Notes: a model not told the origin generated them from the sequence alone. A DNA stretch of 64,000 nucleotides from Salpingoeca rosetta (GCA_033442325.1 JAWQFM010000002.1:502442-566441), one strand, 5' to 3'; shown: positions 36,322 through 57,325, counted from the first letter of the stretch. Made by a program: numbers and translations.

Positions 36322-37329
36322 CGCTGCGCGCAGCGTGCGCCATGTGCGGCGCGAGCCAACCACGGCAGTCGCAGCGTCCTTGTGCGGTGACTGCTGTCGC
36401 TGTTGGCGTGGTCGTGTATTTGACTTGCTGCACGGCCTGGACAGTGGTGGCCGTGGGTTGTTGTGTCTGGAAGGCCACACAGCAGGGGCGGACGATCCTC
36501 GGCTCTCAGGGCGAGGATGGCCGTGCCCGTGTGTGGGTGTGGGCAGCGTGTCCCCGCCACCATCGGGCAGGGTTCGCAGCATCATTGTGCCGACGCTCTG
36601 CTGCGCCGGGCTTGCTTTCTGCTGCGTACCTTCTCGTGTCCTGCGGATGGTCAATCGCAGGCTGCACACTAACAGAAGTGGGGAGGGGGGAGATGCACAG
36701 GGGGGAGGGGGAGGAAGGCGTCAGGCACGTTGCTGTTGAAGAACACGAGTCAAGTCCACAGTGGGTGAAGACGTGCAGTGCACTCGTGCAAAAGTGACAG
36801 GAGGGGAGACGAGAACAAACGGGAAGGGTGTGGGAAAAGGAATGGGTCGCTGACACAGCAGCTACAATACAAGCGAGTGGATGTGGGTGGGAAGGGGGGA
36901 GAGAGTGTGTGTGTGCCTTCTTTCTTCCGAGCAACTCAACACACGCACACACGCGCAAAGCCAAGGGCAAAGAGCGAGTAAGCGTGAGCGGGAAACAGAG
37001 TTTGGAATGAGAGATGGCGGAGATGGAGCCAATGTGAAGAGCAGAAAAAAAAAGTCAACACCCCACAACAAAAACCACGCAAACACCCACGCACAGAACA
37101 CAGCGGAGGCGATGGCGCTGCTTGTGTTTCGTGCGGCTTCCTTTGCCTGCAGGCACACAAACAGCAAAGCAAAGAGCAAAGCAAAGAGCGTTCGCCGCCA
37201 CCGCAAGAAAAAAAATTCTGTCCTGGGAGCTGTCGATAATTTGTGAATATCTTTTATGTAGAAAATTGCACATGGGTCCGCCATCCCCAAACAACGCAAG
37301 TTGCACATGTCGAGGTGGGCGAGGGAGGT

Positions 37330-37374
<45 letters not shown>

Positions 37375-37636
37375 TGCGTGTGTGTGTATGTGTGTATGTA
37401 TGTCTGCTGTAGCTCTGTGTGTGTGTGTGTGTGTGTGTGTATCTGCTGTAGCTCTGTGTGTCTGTCTGCTGTAGCTCTGTGTGTGTATCACCATGTGTGT
37501 GTGTGACGATCGGGTTGCTTGCTTCTCTCAAGCTCCTTCACGTCATGCACAACAACCACAAACTCCACACGCTGCGCACGCTGCGCACACACGGACTCCC
37601 CCCCCCTTCTCTCTCTCTTCTGTCTCTCAATCCATC

Positions 37637-38538
37637 TCATCTGCGATGGTGTCTGTGACTGCTGCTGCTGCTGCTGGCGCTGCTTGGGCCCCTGCCGCGG
37701 TCCCGGTCCCGGTCCCGGTCCCGGCTGCGGTGGTGCGTGCTGCTGTCCTTGCGCCGGCGGATGTTGAGCGGGTTGCGGGGGTCGTAGATATCAAGGCTGT
37801 TGGGATCCAGCTCAGGGTCGATGCCCTTTGGTGCAGTCTCAACCTCGTTGGTCAGCTTGTGTTGCATCCTGCACACGTGTGCGTGTGTGTGTGCGTGTGT
37901 GTGTGTGTGCATGTTTGTGTACGTGTGTGTGAGTGTGTGTGTGCATGTTTGTGTACGTGTGTGTACGTGCGTGCGTGTATGTGTGTGTGTGTGTGTGTAC
38001 GTGTGTTTGTTCACGTTTGTGTGAGTGGCACAAGATATTGGGTGACAAAGAAGAAACGCTCAAACACGTGGAACGCGCGCCAAAGGACATCGTGCGCCCA
38101 CGACATCAAAACCACGCCCCCCCCCCCCCCAAAAAAATGTCACCTCTCCTCACCGCCATTACCCACCATGTTGTGTCGGCGACCTCGTCCGAAAGATCGT
38201 CCACACCTGGTGGTGCTGTCACTGCTTCTGTATCGCTTACAGCTGGCGCCAATGCACTCCCGCTCCCACTCCCGCTCCCACCGCCACTGCTGCTGCTCGC
38301 GCTTCCGCTGCCCGCACGGCTGAGCTTGTTGCGGAACTTGGCCAGCAGCGCAAGCGTCTCGCTCTCCCGATCTCCGCGCTTCTTCGCACGCCGTGACTTG
38401 CCCCTGCAGTCATGTGTGCGTGTGCGCGTGTGAACGCACTGGCGAGAACACAACAGCAACTACTACTACTACGACTACTACTACTTTGTGCAAGCATCAA
38501 AACTGGTTTGGCCGTGAACAGAGCCCCCCCTTTCGACC

Positions 38539-38635
<97 letters not shown>

Positions 38636-40170
38636 GCACACGCACACGCACAACGTACTCCTTCAACAGCTGAGCGCGCTCCTGCGAGAGGAATGCGCTG
38701 GCCTCAGACATGGGCTTGGCATCCTTTCCCTCGCCAGCGCCCCCATCACCATCGTGGCCGCTCTTGGCCTTCTTCAGCTCCCGCTTCAGCTCATCAGCCT
38801 CCTGCAAAGGAGGGTTGTGGTGATGGGAGGGGTGGCAGCGTTGGTGGTCAGGCAGAGCGGTAATGGGGAGGCGGGTAACACGTGAGGAGGACGAGATGGG
38901 GGAAGGGAGGGGGCTTCAGCAGAGCAAGCGCAATGAATTCGCCAGAAGTGGCACCACACTATGTCACGTCAAATATAGGCACACAACCACAGCCAACAAA
39001 TAAACACCACACAACACAACACAACTCAACACAACTCAATACAACAACTCAGCACAACTCAACAGAACAGAACACAACACAACACAATACAACTCAACAC
39101 AACAACTCAACACAACACAACACAACTCAATAACCACAACACCACACAACACAACTCAACACAACAACTCAACACAACACAACACAGTACACGACCACGC
39201 GATTGCACTCACGCACCCGCTTGATGGTTTGCAGTCGTTCCTCTGCCTCACGTGCGGCCTTGACATGTTCCGGCTCACGTGGCTTTGCATCATCGGCACC
39301 ACTGCGCCGCGTGCCTTTGCTCACGCGCGCCCTGGCCTCCTTCTTCACATCGTCTGCGTCTGCTTCCAGGATGGAGCGTGTCGCTGCCTCAGAGTCGCGT
39401 GCGGACGCAAGACGCTCATCCTGCAGCACGTCGTGGCTGCTCTTCAACTTGCCCAGCTGTCAGTGGAAGTGGAAAGCAGGAATCAGTGCACAGCAGCAGG
39501 AAGAGTGAAGTGTAAATCAAAGGATAACGACCCCACAACGATAAATTCCTGCTTGCATGCCAAGCCAAGACACACACACGCGCGCGCGTGCGCAGGCGTT
39601 GCAACCATGTGCGCACACAGTCATGTGCACTCGCACGCACACACGCACGTACCTTCTTGGTGGACTCATGTATAACTTGTTCATCCTCTTCGGCCTCTTC
39701 ACCAAACGACATGAGCTTGAAGTCTTTCACCGCCTTGACACGTGCTTTCCTACGCCGCCTTCGCTTCGCCTCGCTCTCCTCATCCTGCTGCGGCACGCGC
39801 GGCGCCAGCTTCCGTGGTACAATGTCGTCAAACGGATTGCTCAGCACCTCCGTCTGCAAGCATGAGCGCATGTGAGTGTGTGTGCGTGTGTGTGTGTGCG
39901 TGAGTGTGTGTGTGTGTGAGTGTGTGTGTGTGTATGTGTGTGTATGTGTGTGTGTGCGCGCGATTCAAGGTGCGTCTACAAACGTGGCAACAAGTTAAGC
40001 TGCCCAACGTACTCGGATGATGCGTGGGGGCTCCTCCGGCTGGTCGTTCTCGTCCGTGGGTAGCTCGCCCATCTTCAACACATTGAAAATGGTATTGCCA
40101 GTCACCTGCCATTCGCAATCAGAAAGAAAGAGAGGGACAGAGAGGGAGAGGGACAGAGAGAGAGAGAGAG

Positions 40171-40219
<49 letters not shown>

Positions 40220-40954
40220 ACCATTGGTGCTGACACAGTGGAGCAATGACCAACACACGCGCCCATTCATGCATCCACTCACTCACTCACTCACACACAC
40301 ACACTCACTCACTCACTCATGTGTGCGCACGTTGTCAGACCTTGCCAAAGAGGGTGTGTTTGTTTGTGAGCTCGTCTGCGCGGTCGAGTGTGATGAAGAA
40401 CTGGCTGTTGTTGTCATTTGGTTGGGAGCTGGCGCAGCCAACAAGGCCTCTGCGGTTGAAGCGAAGACGCTGGTGAAACTCGTCTTTGAACGGCTTGTCA
40501 AACACGGACTCGCCTCCTTCCCCAGTGCCTGTTGGATCGCCAGCTTGGATGATGAACCCTCTCACGAGGCGGTGGAACGTCACGTTATCATAGTACCCTT
40601 CCATGCACAGTTGGATGAAGTTTCGACACGCCAGTGGACATTCCTTGCACCACAGCTCAACGTCAATGTCCCCGAAGCTGGTCACCAGCACCACCTTGCA
40701 CCAGCAAACGCCCAAGAGTCACCAGTGAGAGAGGAAGACGGTGAGTGTCAACACCGCATGAGCACACCTGCAGTGCAGGAGCACTGTCAGTTGCTCACTC
40801 ACTCACTTCCATTCAATCACCCACTCACTCAATAACACGACCTCACTCACACGCTCACAGGCTGACACTCCCTCAAGCACTCACTCACACACATTCACAC
40901 AACAACAGGCACCTTGCCACTGGTGGCTGGCTCCTGGATGTAGATGGTGCTCAT
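37637..40954 (-). CDS. CWC27: Spliceosomal cyclophilin-type peptidyl-prolyl isomerase CWC27, ~8 exons
   Basis: MSTIYIQEPATSGK|VVLVTSFGDIDVELWCKECPLACRNFIQLCMEGYYDNVTFHRLVRGFIIQAGDPTGTGEGGES...DEFHQRLRFNRRGLV...SQFFITL...|VTGNTIFN; also NPFDDIVPR, LMSFGEEAEE and C-terminal DIYDPRNPLNIRRR. Confidence 0.93.
39005..39186. repeat. (AACAC)n pentanucleotide-like repeat in a CWC27 intron
   Basis: Runs of acaacacaacacaactcaac. Confidence 0.9.
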
Positions 40955-41337
40955 TCTTGTGTCTCGTTCGTGGTCTCGGCAGCAGTGATTGATTGTAGAA
41001 AAGTACAAGAAATTTTGGTCAATTGTCGCCACTGCGTTCACTTTCTTGCAATGGCTTCTCATCTTGGCTTGTTGTTTGGTGTCTCAAACTGCAGCAAGCA
41101 GCAGCACACGGCCGAGAGGCAAGAACGACAAGAAAAGAAGCAAGGAAGCAAACAAGCAGATGGGATGCACGGATGAAGAGGACGAGAACAACAAGCAATC
41201 ATCAAAAAGACAGGCGGGAAGGCGTTGAGGATGGGGGAGGAGTAAGCAGATGCATACGTGGTGTGTTCCTTTTTTGTGTGTGGGTTGTTATGTTGGCACT
41301 GCTGGCTGGGCTCAGAGTGCATCCACGAACGCCGCTC

Positions 41338-43474
<2,137 letters not shown>

Positions 43475-43731
43475 CTTGTCGCCTTTTCCTCCTCTCTGCT
43501 TCTTCTTCTTCTTCGTTTCCTCAGCCTCCTGGCACACCGACAGCACCAGCAAGTCAACAACAGAGGCAGCGAGCCACCGAGCCAGACAGCGGTTGGCGTG
43601 TGTGTGTGTGTGTGTGTGTGACGTGTCTGTAAGTGCGTGTTGCTGACGAAGCAATTATTGTGCGCTGAGAACTTGTTGTTGTTTGTGTTGTTGGCTGGTT
43701 GTTGTTGGGAGGATAGGACACCACCGCGACG

Positions 43732-48661
<4,930 letters not shown>

Positions 48662-49280
48662 CGCACATGTGTGATGTGTGTGCATTTTGTGTTTGTGTGT
48701 GTCTGTCTGTGTGTGTGTGTCTGTCTGTGTGTGTGTCTGTGTGTCTCTGTGTCTGTCTGTGTGTGTGTCTGTGTGTCTCTGTGTCTGTGTGTGTGTGTCT
48801 GTGTGTCTCTGTGTGTGTGTGTGTCGATGGGTGCGGCTTGGGTATTCTTGCTTTGTGGGCTGTGGCGTTTTGTCGCACTCGCACATGACTTTGAGGTTTT
48901 GGATTTCGTTTTCGTTTGGGCCTCTATGCTCTGCTTGTGAGCTATGTGACGTCAAGAACGATAGCATTGGTTTGCATCGCGTCGTGAATTTGCTCATTGC
49001 TGTATGCCTGTTTTATTCGATGCCTTTGGTGCGAGACAGACACACGCATTTGAGCTACTGTGATACGAAATACATGATCCTTGCACACCTGCCTCCCTTT
49101 GCTTCTCCAAATAATGAATCGTGACAGACAAGACACAAACATCGTGTTCAAGTGGCATATCCGAGCCAGTGACACACACACGCACGCACACGCACACACA
49201 CACACACGCGCACACACACGTACACGTACACGCGCAGACACACGCGCATGCACACGCACACACACACACATGTGGCGCTG

Positions 49281-51297
49281 TTATTTTCCGTCGACGGTGC
49301 TCTGTTGGCAGGAGTACGCCTGCGACCCGTGGTTGGTGGATGCGTGCGAGTACTTTTCATCCAGATGTGGGTCCAAGCACGTCCGCTACACGCGTGTCGA
49401 AGGAAGAAGAGGGCCAGGAAGGAAGATGCACAGGACACACGTGTGGGATGAGCAGAGTGAGGCAGACCGAGAGCATGCACCTTCAACGCACAGCATATAG
49501 CATGCAGCAGCGTTCGCAACAACACTGTAAAATCGCGGACAGACGCCAGCAACAGCATCAAACGCACCACGACGGTGAGGCGAAGTGGAGACTCAACGCC
49601 TTCGAGGGTTCGTTGCACGTCCTCTTGCTTAGCACCGCGCACATCAACCCCGTTGACAGTCAACAGGAAGCTGTCAGCAAGCAGACCACCCATCCCTGCT
49701 GGGCTGTCCGCATCCACCTGAGGTGGTGGGAAATCACACAAACCAGACATTTACGACGGTCACGGGGCAAATCGTTGAGTGTGTATGTGTGTGTGTTTGT
49801 GTGTTTGTGTGTTTGTGTGTCTGTGTGTTTGTGTGTCTGTGTGTGCGCATATGTGTGTCTGTGTGTTTGTGTCTGTCTGAGGGAACGAGAATGCCCTTCC
49901 TACAAGTACACACCCACAGCTGGCATGTCACTTACAGTATCGATGCACGTTGGGTGTTGGCCGATGAGTGTGAATCCGAGCGAGTCATCATCCTTCTTGG
50001 CGACAGTGAGAGTCCTGCGCGGTTGGAGCAGTGATGTCAGAACAGCGGGTGAGACGAGTGCAGGTAATGTAACAACAAAACCGTGTTTGATTTGAACACA
50101 TATGTCTGTCTGTGTGTGTGTGTGTCTGCAAGCGTTCGTTGTTCGCTCGTGGTCACGAACACACAGACACACACAGACACACACAGACACACAAATTTTC
50201 ATGAATATTCTCCCACGCGTACACGTTCACAATCACATTCACAAACATGCGCACAGAACCAGCAGGGCGCGTGCACTCTGCTCAACAGCGTGGAACGCAC
50301 TCTCGATAGCGAATTGGCTGCTGCGCATTGAAAAACTGAAGAGGGCCGAGCTGCTGAAACAAATCCTGCGGGCGACATGTCTCCAACAGCTTCCGGCTCG
50401 CCTCTGCCCAGTGTGACGTCAACGGCTGTATGTCTGTCAGCGAATCTGTGTTTGCACACGCGCGCAGCAAGGTAACACATGTGAGACATGGTGAACGCAA
50501 CGGTAGCTGGCGTCCCATGCGATGTGGGTTTGTGAAAGTGGCAGCGTGCATAGGGTCTACATGCTTCACAACATTGAAAGTATGTGACTGTCTGAGTCTG
50601 TATGTGTGAGTCTGTGTGAGTCTGTATCTGTGTCTGTATCTGTGTAACATATTGTGTGGATTGTCGATCACGATTGCGGGTCAAAGACGACAGCGTCTCA
50701 ACACATGCGAGCGCACCGAGGCTGTCTGATGAGCTGACGTCACTGGAACGTTCCACAAGCATTGTATCCTCGATATCGCCCTGGATTGTCCGCCGCTGTT
50801 GCCCGATCATGTCCACAAAGCCAGCGAGCTGCGCGTACTTGTTGTCGCTGGTTGGAATTCGAGCATGAGGTCAAGTACAGATGGACCGTGGTGTATGCGT
50901 GCGCGAGTGCGTGTGTGCGTGCGTGAGTGTTGGAGAGGGAATTGGTGGTGAACACATTAGAGGCGCAGCACACGTGGATACAGAGTGCACATGACGTCAA
51001 CCAGCCATGAGCAGGAACGTGTACACGCACGCCCACAACCACACACACACATACTCATAATCACATTTCCAAGCACGAGCGCAGAAACTCACGTCATGCA
51101 AATGTCTTCTGCCTCTTGCAAGAGTGCGAGTGCACGCTCAAGCCGCCGCGTGTCGTGGGCTGCGAGCACAAGCACACACGCCACATACCACACATCACAA
51201 ACACAAAAAAGGAGACAACGGAGTGCAACTGCCGGTGAGGTCTCGCAAAGTGAACTCATCATCGTCGTCAGCATCATGATCGCTACTAGCAACAACT

Positions 51298-51373
<76 letters not shown>

Positions 51374-52987
51374 CTTAAACAACTTAAACAACAACAACAA
51401 CAACAACAACTTAAACAACAACAACAACAACTTAAACAACTTAAACAACAACAACAACAGCTTAAACAACAGCTTAAACAACAGCTTAAACAACAACTTA
51501 AACAACAACTTAAACAACAACAACATCATCAGCAGCAGCATACCAGGTGCTGATGCGTCCAAAACAGCCTGTGCCCGCCGCCTTGCTTCCAACCACGCAT
51601 GATACTCTGTCGTGTTGAACAGTTCGTCATCATTACAAAAACCACACACACACACACGCATGCGCATGGTGAGTTGTGGGCAGAGGTTGTGTGTGTGGTG
51701 TTTGGCAGTCATCCCTTTGGGGATGCAACAGATACACCAACACACCTAAACACAAACCCACGCAGGCACACATGCATACAATGGATGTGTGCCATCATTC
51801 GAACTCTCACCCGCAATGGCGTTGAAGAAGGAGACTTTCGCCTTTGCGATGGTGAGCCACTCTGTTGGGTACCATGCTGTCACCACCACAACAGCACAAC
51901 AACAGGTGGTGAGTCAGAACACTCCTTTGCGAGCACGTAGCGTGTGCAGGCAGGCAGCACGCAAGTCACCCAACAGCATACACGGATGTACGCATCTCAA
52001 TCGCACACGTGTACTGTGTACACCCACACCCACACATACACACGCACATGCAAGCGTGTGCACGAATAACAAACACTGCAGGCACCGTTGTGCATCTGTA
52101 TGTGGTGTGCTCTTGCTAAACCATACCGGGATGCTGTGCGGAGGAGATGAGATCGACAAGTTCGCTGTACGTCAGCGCAACACACGCCGCCTCCTCACTG
52201 AGAATGTGGTTGTGGGACGACCTGCGTATGACCCGTCACAGTTGCATGCACCAATCGTGAGCAAACGTGTGTCACCCAAGACGCACACACGCACACGCAC
52301 ACACACACGCACACACACACACACACACACACAACGCATCTGTATGCAATGTGCCAGCGCATGACGCAAGATGATCGACAGTGCCAAGCGAATGTCATGG
52401 CTGACAGTTCAAAGATTAGAGCACACACACAAACACACATATACATACACACATCCACACACATACACACACATCCACACACAAACACACATCCACGACT
52501 CACGCATCCGGCTGTTGCATGCAGCGCCAGAGCGACTCCTGCGCCTGAGCAAGTTGGATATCACGCAAAATGCGCACGGTCTGCTTCAGCTCCCCAACAC
52601 TAAAAACGTATGAGTGAGTGTGTGAGTGTGCGAGTAACGAGACAGCGCTACGTAGGGCGAGCACGCAAGAACCATCTTCGGTAGATGGACAACCGCAGCG
52701 CACAGTGCAATCTCAACTTCAAACGCACCATACACGCACGCACGCACATACACACATACGTACAAGCACATACACACATACGCACACGCACATACACACA
52801 TTTCAAACACACAGCATGCACACACATCCGAACACACAAACACCGCACTTTGTCGAGTCCTCTGTGCACTCCTCGTCGAGTGCAAGTCCGCAATCGAGAA
52901 TAAATGTGAGCAGGCCTGCCGCTTGCTCGTATAGGCGACACGCGCGCTTCACCCCAGACGCTGCAGGACCGCAATACACACGCACGT

Positions 52988-53035
<48 letters not shown>

Positions 53036-53057
53036 TGTGTGTGTGTGCGTGCGTGTG

Positions 53058-53132
<75 letters not shown>

Positions 53133-54527
53133 AAAGATGGCAAGGGGGGACAGAGGAGATGGAGTCATGGATGAGCTCACGATGCCCAAGTAGGCGGTTG
53201 CGTAGCATGCAGGCATTTCCGCTCAGCGAACAAAGCAGGCAAGACAAGGCACGCGCAAGTCAAAGTTGGCGCCCGCACTTGCAAATCCAGCCCTCGTACC
53301 GTTTTGGTTTTCGTAGAACGCGGCAACTTGCGTGCAGACGGCAGCCGCATTGTAGAGCGCAGTGAACTTCTCTGCAGATATGTGGTGTGTAACCACCTCC
53401 GCACCAGATAGGGGGTCAAACCTGCAAGGGATACAGGAGGGAGTAATGGAAGGAGTGAGGTGAGTGGTGGTCGTGGGTGGTGGTCGTGGGTGGTGGTCGT
53501 GAGTGGTGGTCGTGGGGTGATCAGCAACGAGAGTACTCCCGACGAATCGCTGATGGTCACAGTGATGAACAGAAGCTCACATGCACACACACACACACAT
53601 GTACAAGTTCACACGCAAGATACACACATGCACAAGTACACATATGTACAAGTGCACACACGCATGCACACAATCCCCTCTGCCCCGCCCCCTTTGTCAT
53701 CCCCTTGCCCTCATTGTGTTTGTTGTCAACACACCAGGCAAAGGACACGCCGTGCATGTGTCCCTGACGGAAGAAGCGGCGCTCAATCTGGCAGAGGTGG
53801 TGGTAGTACGCAATGCACTGCGTGATTCTGTTCTCGCGCACGGAGAAGCACGCTGCCTTTGTGTATGCTGTCTTGAGCTCGTCAAAGACGGCGCTGAAGC
53901 GAGCCGGGTTTTCGCGGTAGTGCTCCTGAAGCTCTCGACTCAATTGCGACTGGTTGTGGGTGGTGCAGGTACGATGGTAACGATGGTGATGATGGTGAAA
54001 TGCAAGTCGCGTTAGATGTGGCTGTAAACCTTACACAAGTCGTGCTTCACACGCACACACAAACACAAACACACATCACATCACATCACACCACATCACA
54101 TACATGACATCACACACACACGCTCAAACACACACAAACACAAACAAACAAACACACACACACACAAACAAACAAACAAACAAACAAACATCACATGCGT
54201 AAGTGTTTGCTGTGCACCTTCCAGTCGACGCTGCGGGCCTTTGTTCTCCAGGGAAGAGCAACCATTGGAAGCGTGAGCTCAACGGTGCCGGCGCGCTGGC
54301 GACACTTCCAGCGCTTGGATGGTGTGAGCAGCTGCTCCGGTCTGCGGATGCTGTCGGTGTGGTTCAGCTGCGTCTTGAGGCTGCGGGTCACCAGTCGACA
54401 ATGTGGAAGAAGGTGAGGCGGGGAGAAGACGAGCGTTGGGTGGTGAGATGATGGAGGACCGAACGTAGTACGAGGTCGCTCACACGGGAACATGAGCATA
54501 CGTTCACGTGGCGCACACCACACAATC

Positions 54528-54571
<44 letters not shown>

Positions 54572-54604
54572 TCAACACTGCACGCACGCACACGCCGAAG
54601 ACCT

Positions 54605-54635
<31 letters not shown>

Positions 54636-55282
54636 TGCACACACACACACTCGCTCTCTCCATCTCCCCCACTCCATCTATCCATCTGCACACACCCTTC
54701 GTAGACTGCGCGATGGATGGCGCCGTTAAGTCGGGTGAGCTTGAGGCGGAGCGTCTGCAGTGTTGACTCCGCAAACGTCTTGGTGACCGCGACATGCTTT
54801 TGGCGCACAGGGTCCTTTGTGGCCCTGCCATTACAATGTCATACAAACACAGACGCCAAGTGAGGAACATGACGCGGGACAAGGGAGATGCGTGCGTTTC
54901 AACTCGCGGGTGTGAGTGATTCTTTGTGCTCTCGCCCTCTTTCACCTCCCTTCAATATCCAACCAACCACAAAACACATCACATCACATCACATCACACG
55001 CTACATCACATGACCATCACCACCATCACGCAACACACCCTAACCCTAAGACCACACCATACTTCCGCATACAGCGGTAGTGACGTACTTGATGAGGTTG
55101 GCGCAGCCGTCGCACATGCGCTGGTTGCGCGTAATGTCTTTGGCGAGGCCGTGGATGTGTTTGTGCACCTCATACAACAACTCTGTCCATGGAGGGTGTT
55201 TTGAGTGGGAGGTGGCCATGGTGCTGGTGGAAGCCGGCGCGAGCGACTGGTTGCTGGACTCTGCTACGCTTTGTGAAGACAT
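49281..55282 (-). CDS. Rhophilin-like protein (HR1 - BRO1 - PDZ), multi-exon; terminal exons approximate
   Basis: HR1-like [20 protein letters not shown]|ATKDP...; BRO1-like EHYREN...[13 protein letters not shown]...SFAW|[10 protein letters not shown]...[15 protein letters not shown]; rhophilin-type [14 protein letters not shown]; [11 protein letters not shown]...|[26 protein letters not shown]. Confidence 0.8.
51291..51525. repeat. (AAC)n microsatellite with periodic TTA interruptions (intronic)
   Basis: aacaacaac...ttaaacaac pattern. Confidence 0.95.
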
Positions 55283-55366
55283 GCTGCCCTGCAGAGCCGG
55301 CAGCAAACGTTCAAGGCGCGCAAGGTGTGTGCAGGTATCGTTTGGTCAGACAAACAGGGAAGCGAG

Positions 55367-55447
55367 GGTGTGCTTTGTGCGGTTGGTGTGCTTTGTGCGG
55401 CTGGTGTGCTCTGTGCGGTTGGTGTGCTTTGTGCGGCTGGTGTGCTT
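55367..55447. repeat. 18-bp minisatellite, ~4.5 copies
   Basis: Unit ggtgtgct(t/c)tgtgcgg(t/c)t repeated upstream of the rhophilin-like ATG. Confidence 0.85.
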
Positions 55448-56274
55448 GGCGGTCGCTGACACTGAGCGTGGTGGTGGGTGTGTGCAAATGAAAGAAAATG
55501 GGCATTGCCAAACCAAACAAAGCCAACCACAGCAAAGCAAACGCAAGCGAGCCACGCGAGCTCACCACGACCAACACATGAACCCGCTGCCAGTCTTTGC
55601 CGCTGTTGTTCCCACCCCCTGACATCACACGCATTTGCCTTGACCTCACCTTTGTTGCTGTTGATAAGTGTTGCTGGCTGGGTCGGTGGTGTTGCTGTGT
55701 GCAAGTGCTCGTGCGAATTGCACGTCTGCAAACCCCTGCCCCTGCTGTTTTCGTGAACGCGGTTGCTGTTCACACTGGTTGATATGCGTGTATGCTTGCT
55801 TGCTTCGCTTGCTTTGCTTGATGGGGTTGTAGTTGTGCTGACGTTTCTTTGATGCTTGCAGATGAAACTCTGCTTGCTTTTGAGCTGTGGTTTCAGGGCT
55901 GTTGACGATGTTTTGTGATGTGACTGAGTTCACAACCAGACAACCACCGCGCTGTTGTGTGTGTGTATGTGTGTGCTTGTGTGTGCTTGTGTGTGCTTGT
56001 GTTTGCGATGTAGGCTGGCGCTGCGTGAGGAAGCGTGGGAGGCAGGTCACACCTCGGTCTTTCCAAGTGTGTGGAATCACGCCCTCACCAAGGAAAGCCG
56101 CTGTGTGCACAGGCATCCACCATGCCAACCCCTCGGTTGTTGTGCCACTGTGGAATGGCTGGTATGCGCCTCATGCCAAACATCGTCCACCACAACCCGC
56201 AACTCAAGCCCTTCGCGGCTTCTTTGAGACCTGACGACCACAAAAAAAAAAAGCGTGGTCCTTCCAATACAACA

Positions 56275-56366
56275 ACTGAAATCAGTCCAAATCAGATGGG
56301 ACTGATTTCAGTCTGTATGTGACAGCATACTGATATCAGTGTATGTGAAAGGATACTGATGTCAGT
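56275..56366. promoter_or_regulatory. Four palindromic ACTGA-N2-TCAGT motifs in the divergent promoter
   Basis: ACTGAAATCAGT at 56275, ACTGATTTCAGT at 56301, ACTGATATCAGT at 56329, ACTGATGTCAGT at 56355 (spacing 26/28/26). The motif is seen directly; a regulatory role is inferred. Confidence 0.55.
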
Positions 56367-56445
56367 CTTGGTCGCGGCGCCAATCACGCAAACACGCACA
56401 AGCAAGCAAGTGAAGACAGCAAACAAGCAAACAAGAAGCACAGCC

Positions 56446-57284
56446 ATGGAGCGGTTTGTGGTGCGGGTAAAGGCTGTGCCAAGGCCCAGGAAGAAGAGGG
56501 AGAAGAAGCGGCTTCGTCAAGTCACCATCAACTCCCTCAAGGTATGCGTGTGTGTGTGAGTCTGTGTGTGTCTGTGTCTGTGTCTGTGTCTGTGTCTGTG
56601 TGTGTGTGTGTGTGTGTGTCTGTGTGTGTCTGTGTCTGTGTCTGTGTCTGTGTGTGTCTGTGTGTGTCTGTGTGGGTGTGGGTGCGATTTTACTTGCAAT
56701 GGTGCAAACATGTGTGCAAGCGTGTGTGTGTGTGTGTGTGTCAGTTCTGATACATGCGCCTCATCGCTTGTAAACACACACGATACGGCAGGAGGTTGAG
56801 AAACTGAGGAAAGATGCCAAAGAGCAAGAGGCCAATGGCGAAGAGCGCCCGCAACGAAGGCCGCCAAAGAAGAACGACAAACAAGACAAGAAGCTCCTCC
56901 GACAAGCCACCATCGGCGCCATGAAGGTATGAACAAGCACAAAAAGGAAGAACGAGGAGAAGAAGCAGCAGTGCAAGCGATGGTACAGGGCTCCTTTTGC
57001 GCTCTTTTTGCGCTCCTTCGTGCTTTGGCGTTCCTTTTGCTCATGATCGTCACGTGTGTCCGCCTGTGTGACCGTGTGTAGAAAGTCGTGCCGGTGAAGG
57101 AAGTGAATGAGCTGTCGCAGCGCATGCGTGAGCACATGCACGATCCGGACACACTGCTGGAGTGCCTGAACCGCCTGACAGAGAAGATCTTCGAGCCCAG
57201 CGTGCTGCTCAAACTGGACGTTGGTCGTGTTGTGCGCCGCCTCACCAAACACCAGAACCCCAAAGTCGCACAAGCAGCCAAGGT

Positions 57285-57325
<41 letters not shown>

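Noticed and set aside
37400-37486. Three copies of ctgctgtagctctgtgtg within a GT tract
   Set aside because: Consistent with slippage duplication inside a microsatellite; no sign of function
41045-41058. Possible RFX X-box (cttgcaatggcttc) upstream of CWC27
   Set aside because: Too many mismatches to GTTGCCATGGCAAC
53277-53423. Apparent frameshift in a rhophilin BRO1 exon
   Set aside because: Recounting the G5 run at 53411-53415 gives in-frame W|[10 protein letters not shown]...EKFTALYN
56275-56366. CRISPR-like array
   Set aside because: Repeats are only 12 bp with 14-16-bp partly similar spacers; no cas genes; eukaryotic context
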